DNA of 64,000 bases from Chthoniobacterales bacterium (GTDB lineage Bacteria; Verrucomicrobiota; Verrucomicrobiia; Chthoniobacterales; JAFAMB01), in NCBI GenBank assembly GCA_049585495.1, contig JBAUZZ010000216.1, positions 3,043 to 67,042 of the forward strand, written 5' to 3'. The notes beneath the pieces were generated by a model that had not been told where the DNA came from, did no database searches, and saw only the letters and a list, made by a program, of their open reading frames with translations. The first letter of the stretch is position 1, and each line of letters opens with the position of its first letter. A program made the translations under genes and the position numbers. Shown in pieces: positions 1-7,664 of the stretch.

Positions 1-720
1 CTGGCCAAGTGTCAGCACCTGAACGTTTGCCTCCCTGAGATCGTCCATCGCCTGAAACAGCTCAATTTCAGTTTCCCCGAGTCCCAGCATGATTCCGCTC
101 TTAGTCACTACCCCCGGATCGAGCTCCTTTGCCCCTCTCAAGACGTTCAAAGAAAGCCGGTACTTGGCGCGGGAGCGCACGAACGGCGTCAAACGCTCCA
201 CGGTCTCCAGGTTATGATTAAATATGTCCGGCCGAGCAGCCAGCACCGCGCTCAGTGAGCTCTGTTTGCCGTTAAAGTCGGGGGTGAGCACCTCAATCAC
301 GATGGAAGAGTCGAGGGCGCGAATCGCGCGAATCGTCTCAGCGAAATGGTGGGCGCCCCCGTCAGACAGATCGTCTCTCGCCACTGCGGTAATTACGACG
401 TGTTTCAGGCGCAAGCGTTGCACCGCTTCGGCGACGCGATCGGGTTCATCGGCCTCAAGAGCACCCGGCTTAGCTGTGGTAACAGCGCAAAATCCGCAAG
501 CCCGAGTACACCGCTCCCCTGCAATCATGAACGTAGCCGTTCCCTGGCTCCAGCATTCCCAGCGGTTTGGGCACTGAGCGGACTCACATACGGTGTGCAG
601 TTTGAGGTCCGCAATCAGGGCTTTCGTCGAGAAGAAGACTGGATTGGACGGCAACCGGACTTTGATCCACTCGGGTTTCTTCGTCTGGTGCAGGGCGGGA
701 TCAATCTTTGAGCAAGACAT
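1..720 (-). CDS. lipA: lipoyl synthase (partial; C-terminus lies beyond window start)
   Basis: Minus-strand ORF open to the window edge, so it is absent from the ORF track. My translation from the ATG at 720-718 reads MSCSKIDPALHQTKKPEWIKVRLP.... It has the lipoyl-synthase N-terminal Cys cluster CESAQCPNRWEC and the radical-SAM cluster CTRACGFC. It is 240 codons in frame to position 1. Confidence 0.9.
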   Translation of the reverse strand, partial: MSCSKIDPALHQTKKPEWIKVRLPSNPVFFSTKALIADLKLHTVCESAQCPNRWECWSQGTATFMIAGERCTRACGFCAVTTAKPGALEADEPDRVAEAVQRLRLKHVVITAVARDDLSDGGAHHFAETIRAIRALDSSIVIEVLTPDFNGKQSSLSAVLAARPDIFNHNLETVERLTPFVRSRAKYRLSLNVLRGAKELDPGVVTKSGIMLGLGETEIELFQAMDDLREANVQVLTLGQ

Positions 721-799
721 CGGCAAGCAACGATACCTTAGGGGGAGCCAAGCCAAAAGCAAAGTAATCCAGGGGTGCGAAATATGACAGCCGAAGGCT

Positions 800-911
800 T
801 GTAGGGCGGCTGGGTCAGCCGCCGGGGCCATCCTTGCCCGGATCAGGAGAGCTTGCTCGATGAATGAAGTGAAAGACCCCTAGTTCCGGCGCGTGAGCCA
901 CGCGCCCTACA
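800..911. repeat. REP-like palindromic unit (TGTAGGGCGG...CGCCCTACA type)
   Basis: Left end is TGTAGGGCGGCTGGGTCAGCCGCC and right end is GGCGCGTGAGCCACGCGCCCTACA. The two ends are mutually inverted and each is a small hairpin. The same ends recur at 22096-22185. Confidence 0.8.
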
Positions 912-993
912 GACCGGGATGCTTCGTCGCTGACGCGTTCGGAGCCGGGGAAGGCGAAGCCGGCTCTAGATTCTAAATTCTTTCCCAGCCAGA

Positions 994-1383
994 TTAGCGT
1001 TTGGAGAACTGGAAGCGCTTGCGAGCGCCGGGCTGACCCGACTTCTTCCGCTCTCTCATCCGTGGGTCGCGCGTCAGGAGGCCTTCTTCTTTCAAGGCGG
1101 GCCGCATGCTCAAATCAAATTCGAGAAGTGCTCGCGCAATGCCTAGCCGGACCGCACCGGCCTGACCATCAATGCCTCCTCCCGCCGCCTTGACCCTAAC
1201 GTCGAAGGTGTTGGCTGTCTTGGTCACTTCGAATGGTTTCAACACGATAAGCTGAAGCGATGGGGACGGAAAATACTCTTCCAAAGGGCGTCCGTTCACC
1301 TCGATCTTCCCAGTCCCCCGCCAAAGACGAACCTGAGCGACTGCTGTTTTGCGTCGGCCGGTAGCGAAAAATACGTCTGACAT
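994..1383 (-). CDS. rpsI: 30S ribosomal protein S9
   Basis: 129 aa. [12 protein letters not shown]...[19 protein letters not shown]...[25 protein letters not shown] is a full-length S9 signature including the C-terminal KR. Confidence 0.97.
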   Translation of the reverse strand: MSDVFFATGRRKTAVAQVRLWRGTGKIEVNGRPLEEYFPSPSLQLIVLKPFEVTKTANTFDVRVKAAGGGIDGQAGAVRLGIARALLEFDLSMRPALKEEGLLTRDPRMRERKKSGQPGARKRFQFSKR

Positions 1384-1395
1384 ATGCGCAATGAT

Positions 1396-1821
1396 TTAGC
1401 TGACCAAAATCGGCTGCTGAGCTTCATGCGGATGTTGTTCTCCGCGATAGACCTTCAGCTTGGTAAATACGGCCCGCCCCAGCCGGTTGTGCGGGATCAT
1501 TCCTTTGACCGCCCGTTCAATCAAAAGTTCCGGGCGGCGTTGCCGGCGCTGCTGCGCAGTCTCGGCCTTGTGACCGCCGACGTACCCGGAGAAGCTCATG
1601 TATCTTTTCTGCAACTCCTTCTTCCCGGTCAGCCGAATCTTATCCGCGTTGACTACGACCACAAAGTCGCCCGTGTCAACGTGCGAGGTGAAGATAGCTT
1701 TTCCCTTGCCGCGGAGCAGATTCGCAACTTTAACCGCAACGCGGCCCAGAGGCTGACCCTTTGCGTCGACGATGAACCATTTTCGATCTAACTCACCCGC
1801 TTTCGCCGAATATGTCTTCAT
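1396..1821 (-). CDS. rplM: 50S ribosomal protein L13
   Basis: MKTYSAKAGELDRKWFIVDAKGQPLGRVAVKVANLLRGK... is the typical L13 N-terminus. I chose the internal ATG at 1821 (codon 28 of ORF 1396..1902). The gene sits upstream of rpsI, as in the conserved rplM-rpsI operon. Confidence 0.93.
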   Translation of the reverse strand: MKTYSAKAGELDRKWFIVDAKGQPLGRVAVKVANLLRGKGKAIFTSHVDTGDFVVVVNADKIRLTGKKELQKRYMSFSGYVGGHKAETAQQRRQRRPELLIERAVKGMIPHNRLGRAVFTKLKVYRGEQHPHEAQQPILVS

Positions 1822-1954
1822 TACATTCGTCCAGAAAAGAGCGGAAAGACTATTGCTCGGGCTCCGCCCTGTCAATCGGTTTCTGCATCCCGCATCCGAC
1901 AAGCCCCTGGGAGAACAACTGGCGTTCCGAGCGCTCCGGTGCTATTGCGCCGGT

Positions 1955-2701
1955 ATGACGCGTTGGACTCTAATTTTGGGGTGGCTTGCTTTAGGCGTGT
2001 TGCCGTTGACCGCCGCGGATTTGAACAGCGCTCTCCTCCGGGCTGACAAACTCGAAGATGCAAACAGGTTTAAGGAGGCGTTGGACACATTGAAGGAGGC
2101 TGACCGAACGAGTCCGGAGAACCCTGCTGTCCTCAGGCGGTTGTCACAGGTGTATTCAGACTTGATTGACATTACTTCAAACGCAGGGGCGAAGAAAGAA
2201 TATGCCCAGCTTGCACTGGCCAACGCGAAGCGAGCGGTAGAAAAGGCGCCGAACGACGCCGAAGCCCATCTTGCGCTGTCGATCGCTTATGGAAAAATCA
2301 CCGACTATGTCGATAACAAAACGAAGATCGAGTACTCAAAGTATTTGAAGTCCGAGGCGGAGCAGGCGATCGAGCTCAATCCGAAATTGGATGACCCCTA
2401 CGAGATTCTCGCGCGTTGGAATTTCGAGATGGCGAGTTTGAATCCGATTGAGCGAGGGTTTGCGCAACTCTTTTACGGCCAGTTACCGCCCGCTTCCAGG
2501 GACAAGGCGCTGGAATATTTTCGCAAGGCGATTTCGCTGGCACCGAATCGAATCATCCATCACGCCGAATACGCTCGCGCGCTGGAGCAAATGGGGCGCA
2601 CGAGTGAAGCAAAGGTTGAATGGCGCAAAGTCATGCAGTTGAAACCAACAGACGAGGGCGATCAAAAGTACCAGGCGGAGGCAGCGGCCAATAGTAAATA
2701 G
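1955..2701 (+). CDS. secreted TPR-like helical repeat protein (paralog of 3290..4126)
   Basis: Start taken at MTRWTLILGWLALGVLPLTAADL, a signal-peptide-like N-terminus (codon 62 of ORF 1772..2701). The body is helical, Ala/Leu/Lys-rich repeats. The C-terminal block ARWNFEMASLNP..GFAQ..YG..P.AS is shared with the neighbouring paralog. Confidence 0.6.
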   Translation: MTRWTLILGWLALGVLPLTAADLNSALLRADKLEDANRFKEALDTLKEADRTSPENPAVLRRLSQVYSDLIDITSNAGAKKEYAQLALANAKRAVEKAPNDAEAHLALSIAYGKITDYVDNKTKIEYSKYLKSEAEQAIELNPKLDDPYEILARWNFEMASLNPIERGFAQLFYGQLPPASRDKALEYFRKAISLAPNRIIHHAEYARALEQMGRTSEAKVEWRKVMQLKPTDEGDQKYQAEAAANSK

Positions 2702-2904
2702 CCGATAGCCAATAGCCAATGGCAGATAGCCAATAGATGACGAATGACAAATGACGGATGACAAACCGAACCCGTGGGAGCTTCGACCAAGAGTTCAACC
2801 CGATTGGTGGGGCGATTCGCCTTGGCGCAAAGCTGCACGGCTCGATCTGTTATTTGTCATTTGTCATCGCGCCTTTGCATCTGTCATCTGTCATTTGTCA
2901 CAGC
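2701..2904. repeat. inverted-repeat hairpin with tandem-heptamer arms (AGCCAAT / NNATGAC tracts versus TTGTCAT/CTGTCAT tracts)
   Basis: The left side has AGCCAAT x3 followed by GAATGAC AAATGAC GGATGAC. The right side (2847-2904) has TTGTCAT TTGTCAT ... CTGTCAT CTGTCAT TTGTCAC, the reverse complement of ATGACAA/ATGACAG. The central spacer is about 75 bp. Confidence 0.8.
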
Positions 2905-3262
2905 TCCTTCGGCTCTTTCCGACCATCAAGGCTAACCATCCGAACAACATCCCGAGCCCGCCGAGCGGCGTGATTGCACCGACCCCTTTCCAATTCGTCA
3001 GAGCCAAGACGTAAAGTGACCCGCTAAAGATGGCGACGCCGGAAAAAATGAGGTAGAATCCTGCTTTCGGAACCGGCCGCCATGTGCTCAGCGTCAGAAG
3101 TACTACGCCGTGAACCAGGTGATACAAGACCGCAGTTTGCCAGAACTGGGTTGTGCCCAGCGTTACCAACCTTCCCTGGAGCGCATGGGCGCCGAACGCG
3201 CCCAGTAAAATTGCCAGAAAACCAAACGTCGCCGCAACATTTCTCTCCAACGCGTTGTTCAT
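2891..3262 (-). CDS. DUF423 (YgdD/TMEM256-like) small membrane protein
   Basis: 123 aa with four hydrophobic helices. FGFLAILLGAFGAHAL...AVLYHLVHGVVLL...GSLYVLAL is the pattern I recognise as the DUF423 family. Confidence 0.75.
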   Translation of the reverse strand: MNNALERNVAATFGFLAILLGAFGAHALQGRLVTLGTTQFWQTAVLYHLVHGVVLLTLSTWRPVPKAGFYLIFSGVAIFSGSLYVLALTNWKGVGAITPLGGLGMLFGWLALMVGKSRRSCDK

Positions 3263-3289
3263 GGTAATCGAAGAAGTGACAAAGGATCT

Positions 3290-4126
3290 ATGAGAAGGTT
3301 ACTCATTTGCTCCGCCCTTCTGGGTATCGTGACGCCAGCCTTTTCGCAAGACCTCGACGAGCTTATCAAACAGGCCGACCAATATGAGAGAAACGGAGAA
3401 ACCGATCTCGCGCTCGGCTCGCTCAGGCAGGCCGAGCAGGTCTCGGCCGATAATCCTCGGGTCGAGAAGCGTTTGGCTCGTGAGTACATTCGAAAGATCG
3501 AAGATGCGGCGGATCCTGCGGCTCGCAAAAGATATGGAGAATTGTCACTCGAACTGGCACAGAAGGCGGCCAGGAAACTCCCCGACGACCCTGAAGCCAG
3601 AGTGGGCTTGGCGGCGGCCTACGGTAAAATGTTGGAAATGGTCGACGACAAGACGAAGATCGAATATTCCCGGCGCGTTTATGCCGAGGCGACCAGAGGA
3701 GTGGCGCTTGACCCCAATAATGATTTCGGGCACCTGATCATTGCTCGATGGAATTTCGAGATGGCAAGCCTCAACCCAGTCATGAAAGGATTCGCCCAGA
3801 TTGTCTATGGCCGATTCCCGACCGCTTCGAAAGAGGAGGCAGTCGTGGAATTCAAGAAAGCAATTCAGCTCGCCCCGGAGCGAATCACCCATCATGCGGA
3901 GTGCGCCAAAGTGCTGGACGCTCTGGGAGAGAAGGATGCGGCGCACCGAGAATGGGCGAAAGTAACGGTATTGAAGGCGACCGATTCCCAAGATAGACGT
4001 TATCAGGCGGCTGCGATTGAACGGCTGAAATCGCCCGCCTCGGTGCCTGCGGAACAAATATTGCCCGACCTGCTTGGACCTGATAAGTCGGGGAGTACGC
4101 GGAATGCCGTCGGAAACCTGCCGTAG
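3290..4126 (+). CDS. secreted TPR-like helical repeat protein (paralog of 1955..2701)
   Basis: MRRLLICSALLGIVTPAFSQ is a signal peptide. The protein is collinear with the 1955..2701 protein, sharing for example DDKTKIEYS and IARWNFEMASLNPVMKGFAQIVYGRFPTASKEEA..F.KAIQLAPERITHHAE. Confidence 0.6.
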   Translation: MRRLLICSALLGIVTPAFSQDLDELIKQADQYERNGETDLALGSLRQAEQVSADNPRVEKRLAREYIRKIEDAADPAARKRYGELSLELAQKAARKLPDDPEARVGLAAAYGKMLEMVDDKTKIEYSRRVYAEATRGVALDPNNDFGHLIIARWNFEMASLNPVMKGFAQIVYGRFPTASKEEAVVEFKKAIQLAPERITHHAECAKVLDALGEKDAAHREWAKVTVLKATDSQDRRYQAAAIERLKSPASVPAEQILPDLLGPDKSGSTRNAVGNLP

Positions 4127-4131
4127 CCTCG

Positions 4132-4767
4132 ATGTTTTCTGTCTACTTTGCGGGCGAGCTTTTTTCCGGTAAGCATCTTCTCGGCAATGCTGCTCTCGCG
4201 GAGGCGGTCGCCAAGGCGTCAAATCTTCAATTCGTTTGTGTCCTGCCGCAAACATTCGAACCTCGTAGTCTCGGCCCTAGAGGCATCCGCGACGAAGACC
4301 TCGTCAACCTGATCAGTTGTGATCTGGCCATTTTCAATTTCGACGGCGGGGAAGTCGACTCTGGCACGGTGGTGGAGTTTCTTTTCGCGAAATTCGCGGA
4401 CATTCCGTCGCTCCTTTTGCGGACCGACTTTCGACGGGCGGGCGATGCCGGGGACGACCCGTGGAATTTGATGATGAGCTTTTACCCGAGAACCCGGGCT
4501 CTGTGCCTGAACAGTATGGAGATCTACGGCTTATCGATCCGTAAAGGGTCGAATCCGGTTCGGGCGGCACAAAACATGATCGAGGCGATCGCGGACAGCG
4601 TTGTTCGGGAACTCCAGATTTTAGCGGAGTCAAAGCCAATCTTACCTGCCGAGCTAAATGAACCGGTGTACCGCTGGCTCGGTGCGTTCCCGGATTTCCA
4701 AACTTCGGAGAGCGCAAATCGAATCATGGCCGCTCTGGCCCAGAAGAAGGCCAAACGACTTCTGTGA
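4132..4767 (+). CDS. nucleoside 2-deoxyribosyltransferase-like protein
   Basis: The N-terminus VYFAGELFSGKHLLGN and the later DGGEVDSGTVVEFLFA (Asp/Glu pair) resemble PF05014-type N-deoxyribosyltransferase-fold proteins. No search was run. Confidence 0.6.
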   Translation: MFSVYFAGELFSGKHLLGNAALAEAVAKASNLQFVCVLPQTFEPRSLGPRGIRDEDLVNLISCDLAIFNFDGGEVDSGTVVEFLFAKFADIPSLLLRTDFRRAGDAGDDPWNLMMSFYPRTRALCLNSMEIYGLSIRKGSNPVRAAQNMIEAIADSVVRELQILAESKPILPAELNEPVYRWLGAFPDFQTSESANRIMAALAQKKAKRLL

Positions 4768-4795
4768 AATCCTCAAAACAAGGCGACACGGCTTT

Positions 4796-6097
4796 ATGCC
4801 AAAGAATTTCCAGCCGGTCTTAGACGAGCTTCAGAAACTGATTGTACAAGCGAGAACAGGTCGCTTGGCCACGACGGACGAACAGCACGGTGCCGGGTTA
4901 TTCCGCGATCTTGTTCTCGCCGGTGGTAAAGCTCTCGGGAGCGCCCTGGGGCTCCTCCAGGAGTTGCCGTGGTATATCTGTGTCGCCGGCATCGTCGAGG
5001 CGTGGTCCGAACTTACGCCTGCCCGGCGGCGGAGTTTTTTGGGCGCGCTAAACCAGCTCAAATCTGAGGCAGGTAAGCGGATGTGTCTCAGCATCGCAAG
5101 AGGACTCCACAAGGTTGATTCGACGGCTGCCGGAAAGTTGCTCGTTACCACTCTGCGGGAGCTTCACCCATCCGCGGCATTCGACCCCAGGGACCGCCAG
5201 ATGTTTTTCAGCGTACTAATCGGCAAGAATAAGCCTTGGCTGCTCCAGTTTGACCTAAAGTCTCTTGAGCAAACGGACGCGGAGTTTTTCGCCCTCTGCG
5301 CGCTCGAGTGCTGCGGTTCCGCCAACCCGCCATCGGCAATCGCGGTAATCCAATGGGCCAAACCTTATCGGTCTTTGAACACGCTCCCTGAGGCTATTCA
5401 GTCGGAACTGGGGAGATCCTTTCGGAAGTGGAGTTCCAGGTGGAAAAAGGAATTGGTCAACGAGGAACTGCCCGCCTCGATTGCAGAAATTCTTCAAGAG
5501 AGGTCAGCGAAGGCGGGGAAAGCCGGTAGTACTCCTCTTGCACAGGGCGCCGACCAGCGTCGCCCTAAACCTAAGACAGACGGGAAAGAGCAGCTGGCAT
5601 CGCCGGCCAGCCAACAGGCTGGCGAAGTCACGAATCTCCTGCGACAGGTCGAAGCCCGTTTTCATGACCTGCAATCCGATTTGACCGCCGCGCGGCGTCA
5701 GCTTCGTCAGAGTAGGCAGGAGAGGCCACCGGCAGAACTCGTTCGCGGAACCGAGAGCGCGGATTTAGACAAATTGCGGGAGGAAAATGCCCGGCTCACC
5801 GAAACGGTTAACCAACTTCGCCGCACGCTGAGCGAACTGGCTGATAGAAGCTTCGATGAGGCGATCAGCGGCAAAGCAGATACCGATTCCCCGATGACAG
5901 ATCCAACGGCACGATTCAAGTCTTTATTGACTGTGCGCCTGCGCGAAGCAATCACGAACTATCAAGCCTTGAACCGGGAGAACCGCCCCGATGGATTGCC
6001 ACTATTACTGGAAAGCATATTTCTCGTGCTGGAAGAAAGCGGCCTCAATCTTTCCGGCATAGAAGCGCCGCCGGCGGCGGTGCGAAGAAGATACTGA
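4796..6097 (+). CDS. hypothetical protein (helical N-domain, low-complexity linker, coiled-coil C-terminal half)
   Basis: Start taken at the ATG at 4796 (MPKNFQPVLDELQKL), just after the upstream stop at 4767. The ORF is long with coding-like composition, and I recognise no family. Heptad-like segments occur, e.g. DLQSDLTAARRQLRQ and LREENARLTETVNQLRRTLSELA. Confidence 0.5.
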   Translation: MPKNFQPVLDELQKLIVQARTGRLATTDEQHGAGLFRDLVLAGGKALGSALGLLQELPWYICVAGIVEAWSELTPARRRSFLGALNQLKSEAGKRMCLSIARGLHKVDSTAAGKLLVTTLRELHPSAAFDPRDRQMFFSVLIGKNKPWLLQFDLKSLEQTDAEFFALCALECCGSANPPSAIAVIQWAKPYRSLNTLPEAIQSELGRSFRKWSSRWKKELVNEELPASIAEILQERSAKAGKAGSTPLAQGADQRRPKPKTDGKEQLASPASQQAGEVTNLLRQVEARFHDLQSDLTAARRQLRQSRQERPPAELVRGTESADLDKLREENARLTETVNQLRRTLSELADRSFDEAISGKADTDSPMTDPTARFKSLLTVRLREAITNYQALNRENRPDGLPLLLESIFLVLEESGLNLSGIEAPPAAVRRRY

Positions 6098-6152
6098 ACG
6101 ATAATAGTGAGCGCGCCGACGATCGGCCGCGCTCGCGGCATTCTGTTGTTCC

Positions 6153-7268
6153 ATGCGTTACCTGATTGCGCCGGACAAGTTCAAAGGCACACTAAGCGCC
6201 CAAGAGGTCGCCGAAACAATCGCGTCTGCAATCAGGGATAGAGATGCGAGGGCAGCCATCGACCTCCTCCCGATCGCCGATGGTGGCGAAGGAACCGCCA
6301 GGTTGTTGGCAGCCCAGTTATCCGCGGAGCGAAACACCGTCGGAACGCTCGATCCATTGGGCCGCCCTATCGATGCAGAGTTTTTCGTTCGAGGGCACGA
6401 GGCGATTCTTGATATGAGCGCTGCCTCGGGATTATGGCGGGTAAACCCGAACGAGCGCGACCCACTCCGATCGAGTACTTACGGAACTGGAATCATCATT
6501 TGGCACCTGGTTGAGAACGGCATCGAACGAATATTCATAGGTCTGGGGGGAAGCGCGACAGTCGATGCCGGATTGGGGATGGGCGCGGCCCTCGGATATC
6601 GATTCTACGGAACTGGAGACTCCAGAATTGAGCCTTTACCTGTCGCTTTCTCCCAGATCCAAAAAGTGGAGCCCCCTCTGATGACGCGGATGCCGGAGGT
6701 CATTGGGCTGGCCGACGTACAGACAGTTTTGACTGGGCCGCGCGGCGCGACTTATACCTTTGGCCCCCAGAAGGGATTGTCTCCAGTCGAGGTCGAAGCG
6801 CTCGACCGCAGCTTGGCCAGCCTTGTTGTTCGACTCGAACAAGACCTTGGGACGAACTTCTCAAACGTCCAGAGCGCCGGTGCGGCGGGTGGGTTCGGGT
6901 ATGGCATCCTGACGTTTTTGAGAGGCAAGCTCGTCTCGGGCTTCGACATGATAGCAGAAAAGCTCGAGCTTCGGAAACGGATCCGGGCGGCAGACGTCGT
7001 CATCACCGGCGAAGGCAAACTCGATCTGCAATCGTTGCAGGGAAAAGGACCATACGGAGTAGCTGTGCTGGCCAGAGAAGCAACGAAGCCAGTTTGGGCG
7101 ATCGCCGGTATGATCGAAAATCGCAATCTTGTTGAGCGGCACTTCGAAAAATTGATTTCGTTAGCCGATGAGCAAGTCACTCTCGAAGAGGCGATGGGAA
7201 ATCCCGTCGAGCTGCTTCGACGTCGAACGATGCAGCTGTGCGGCAACATTAGCGCCGAAGGCGCGTGA
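6153..7268 (+). CDS. glxK: glycerate kinase
   Basis: MRYLIAPDKFKGTLSAQEVAE...LPIADGGEGT...VITGEGKLDLQSLQGKGP is collinear with the GlxK/GarK glycerate kinase family. Confidence 0.88.
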   Translation: MRYLIAPDKFKGTLSAQEVAETIASAIRDRDARAAIDLLPIADGGEGTARLLAAQLSAERNTVGTLDPLGRPIDAEFFVRGHEAILDMSAASGLWRVNPNERDPLRSSTYGTGIIIWHLVENGIERIFIGLGGSATVDAGLGMGAALGYRFYGTGDSRIEPLPVAFSQIQKVEPPLMTRMPEVIGLADVQTVLTGPRGATYTFGPQKGLSPVEVEALDRSLASLVVRLEQDLGTNFSNVQSAGAAGGFGYGILTFLRGKLVSGFDMIAEKLELRKRIRAADVVITGEGKLDLQSLQGKGPYGVAVLAREATKPVWAIAGMIENRNLVERHFEKLISLADEQVTLEEAMGNPVELLRRRTMQLCGNISAEGA

Positions 7269-7502
7269 GAGCTTAGCCCAGGGTGGAGCGTAGCGGAACC
7301 CTGGGTACCTGTAAAAAAACGCGGCGTAGCTCTGAAGGAGCGGAGGAATCTGTCCAACGCGAAGGCCATAAAACTCGCTCGCTATTTCGGTGGGCGGCCG
7401 CAGTCTGCGACTCGGGGTTCGACTCTCCTGCTCCTTCAGAGCGGTGTGCCTATTGATTCAATACCCAGGGTGCCGCTTCGCTCCACCCTCTGGGCTAAGC
7501 TC
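7269..7502. repeat. long imperfect palindrome (MITE/REP-like, about 235 bp)
   Basis: The outer arm 7269-7307 is GAGCTTAGCCCAGGGTGGAGCGTAGCGGAACCCTGGGTA. It pairs with 7462-7502, TACCCAGGGTGCCGCTTCGCTCCACCCTCTGGGCTAAGCTC. An inner pair is GCTCTGAAGGAGCGGA (about 7331) with TCCTGCTCCTTCAGAGC (about 7426). The element starts right after the glxK stop. Confidence 0.8.
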
Positions 7503-7664
7503 TCTTACGCCTTCGGCGTGCAGCTGCTAACTCGACGCGCACGCACGGACCACTACCGGACGACGTCGGGCCGGCGGAGCGGTTTTTGCAGGTTCGGCTG
7601 CTGCCGTCGGTCAGCTGGCCTTTTGCACAAAGTCCCAAAACCCGCTTAACTTGTCGGCCAAGCG

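Noticed and set aside
3545-4255. 236-aa minus-strand ORF overlapping the second TPR-like gene. Similar cases are 6752..7369 (antisense to glycerate kinase), 16259..16891 (antisense to the tricorn-like protease) and 58223..59029 (antisense to the MBL hydrolase).
   Set aside because: Each lies opposite a gene with clear family motifs, and their sequences look like antisense translations. 6752..7369 and 58223..59029 also run into repeat elements.
7411-7430. GGGGTTCGACTCTCC resembles a tRNA/tmRNA T-arm.
   Set aside because: The T-stem pairs imperfectly, and no acceptor, D or anticodon arms can be folded around it. It lies inside the 235-bp palindrome.
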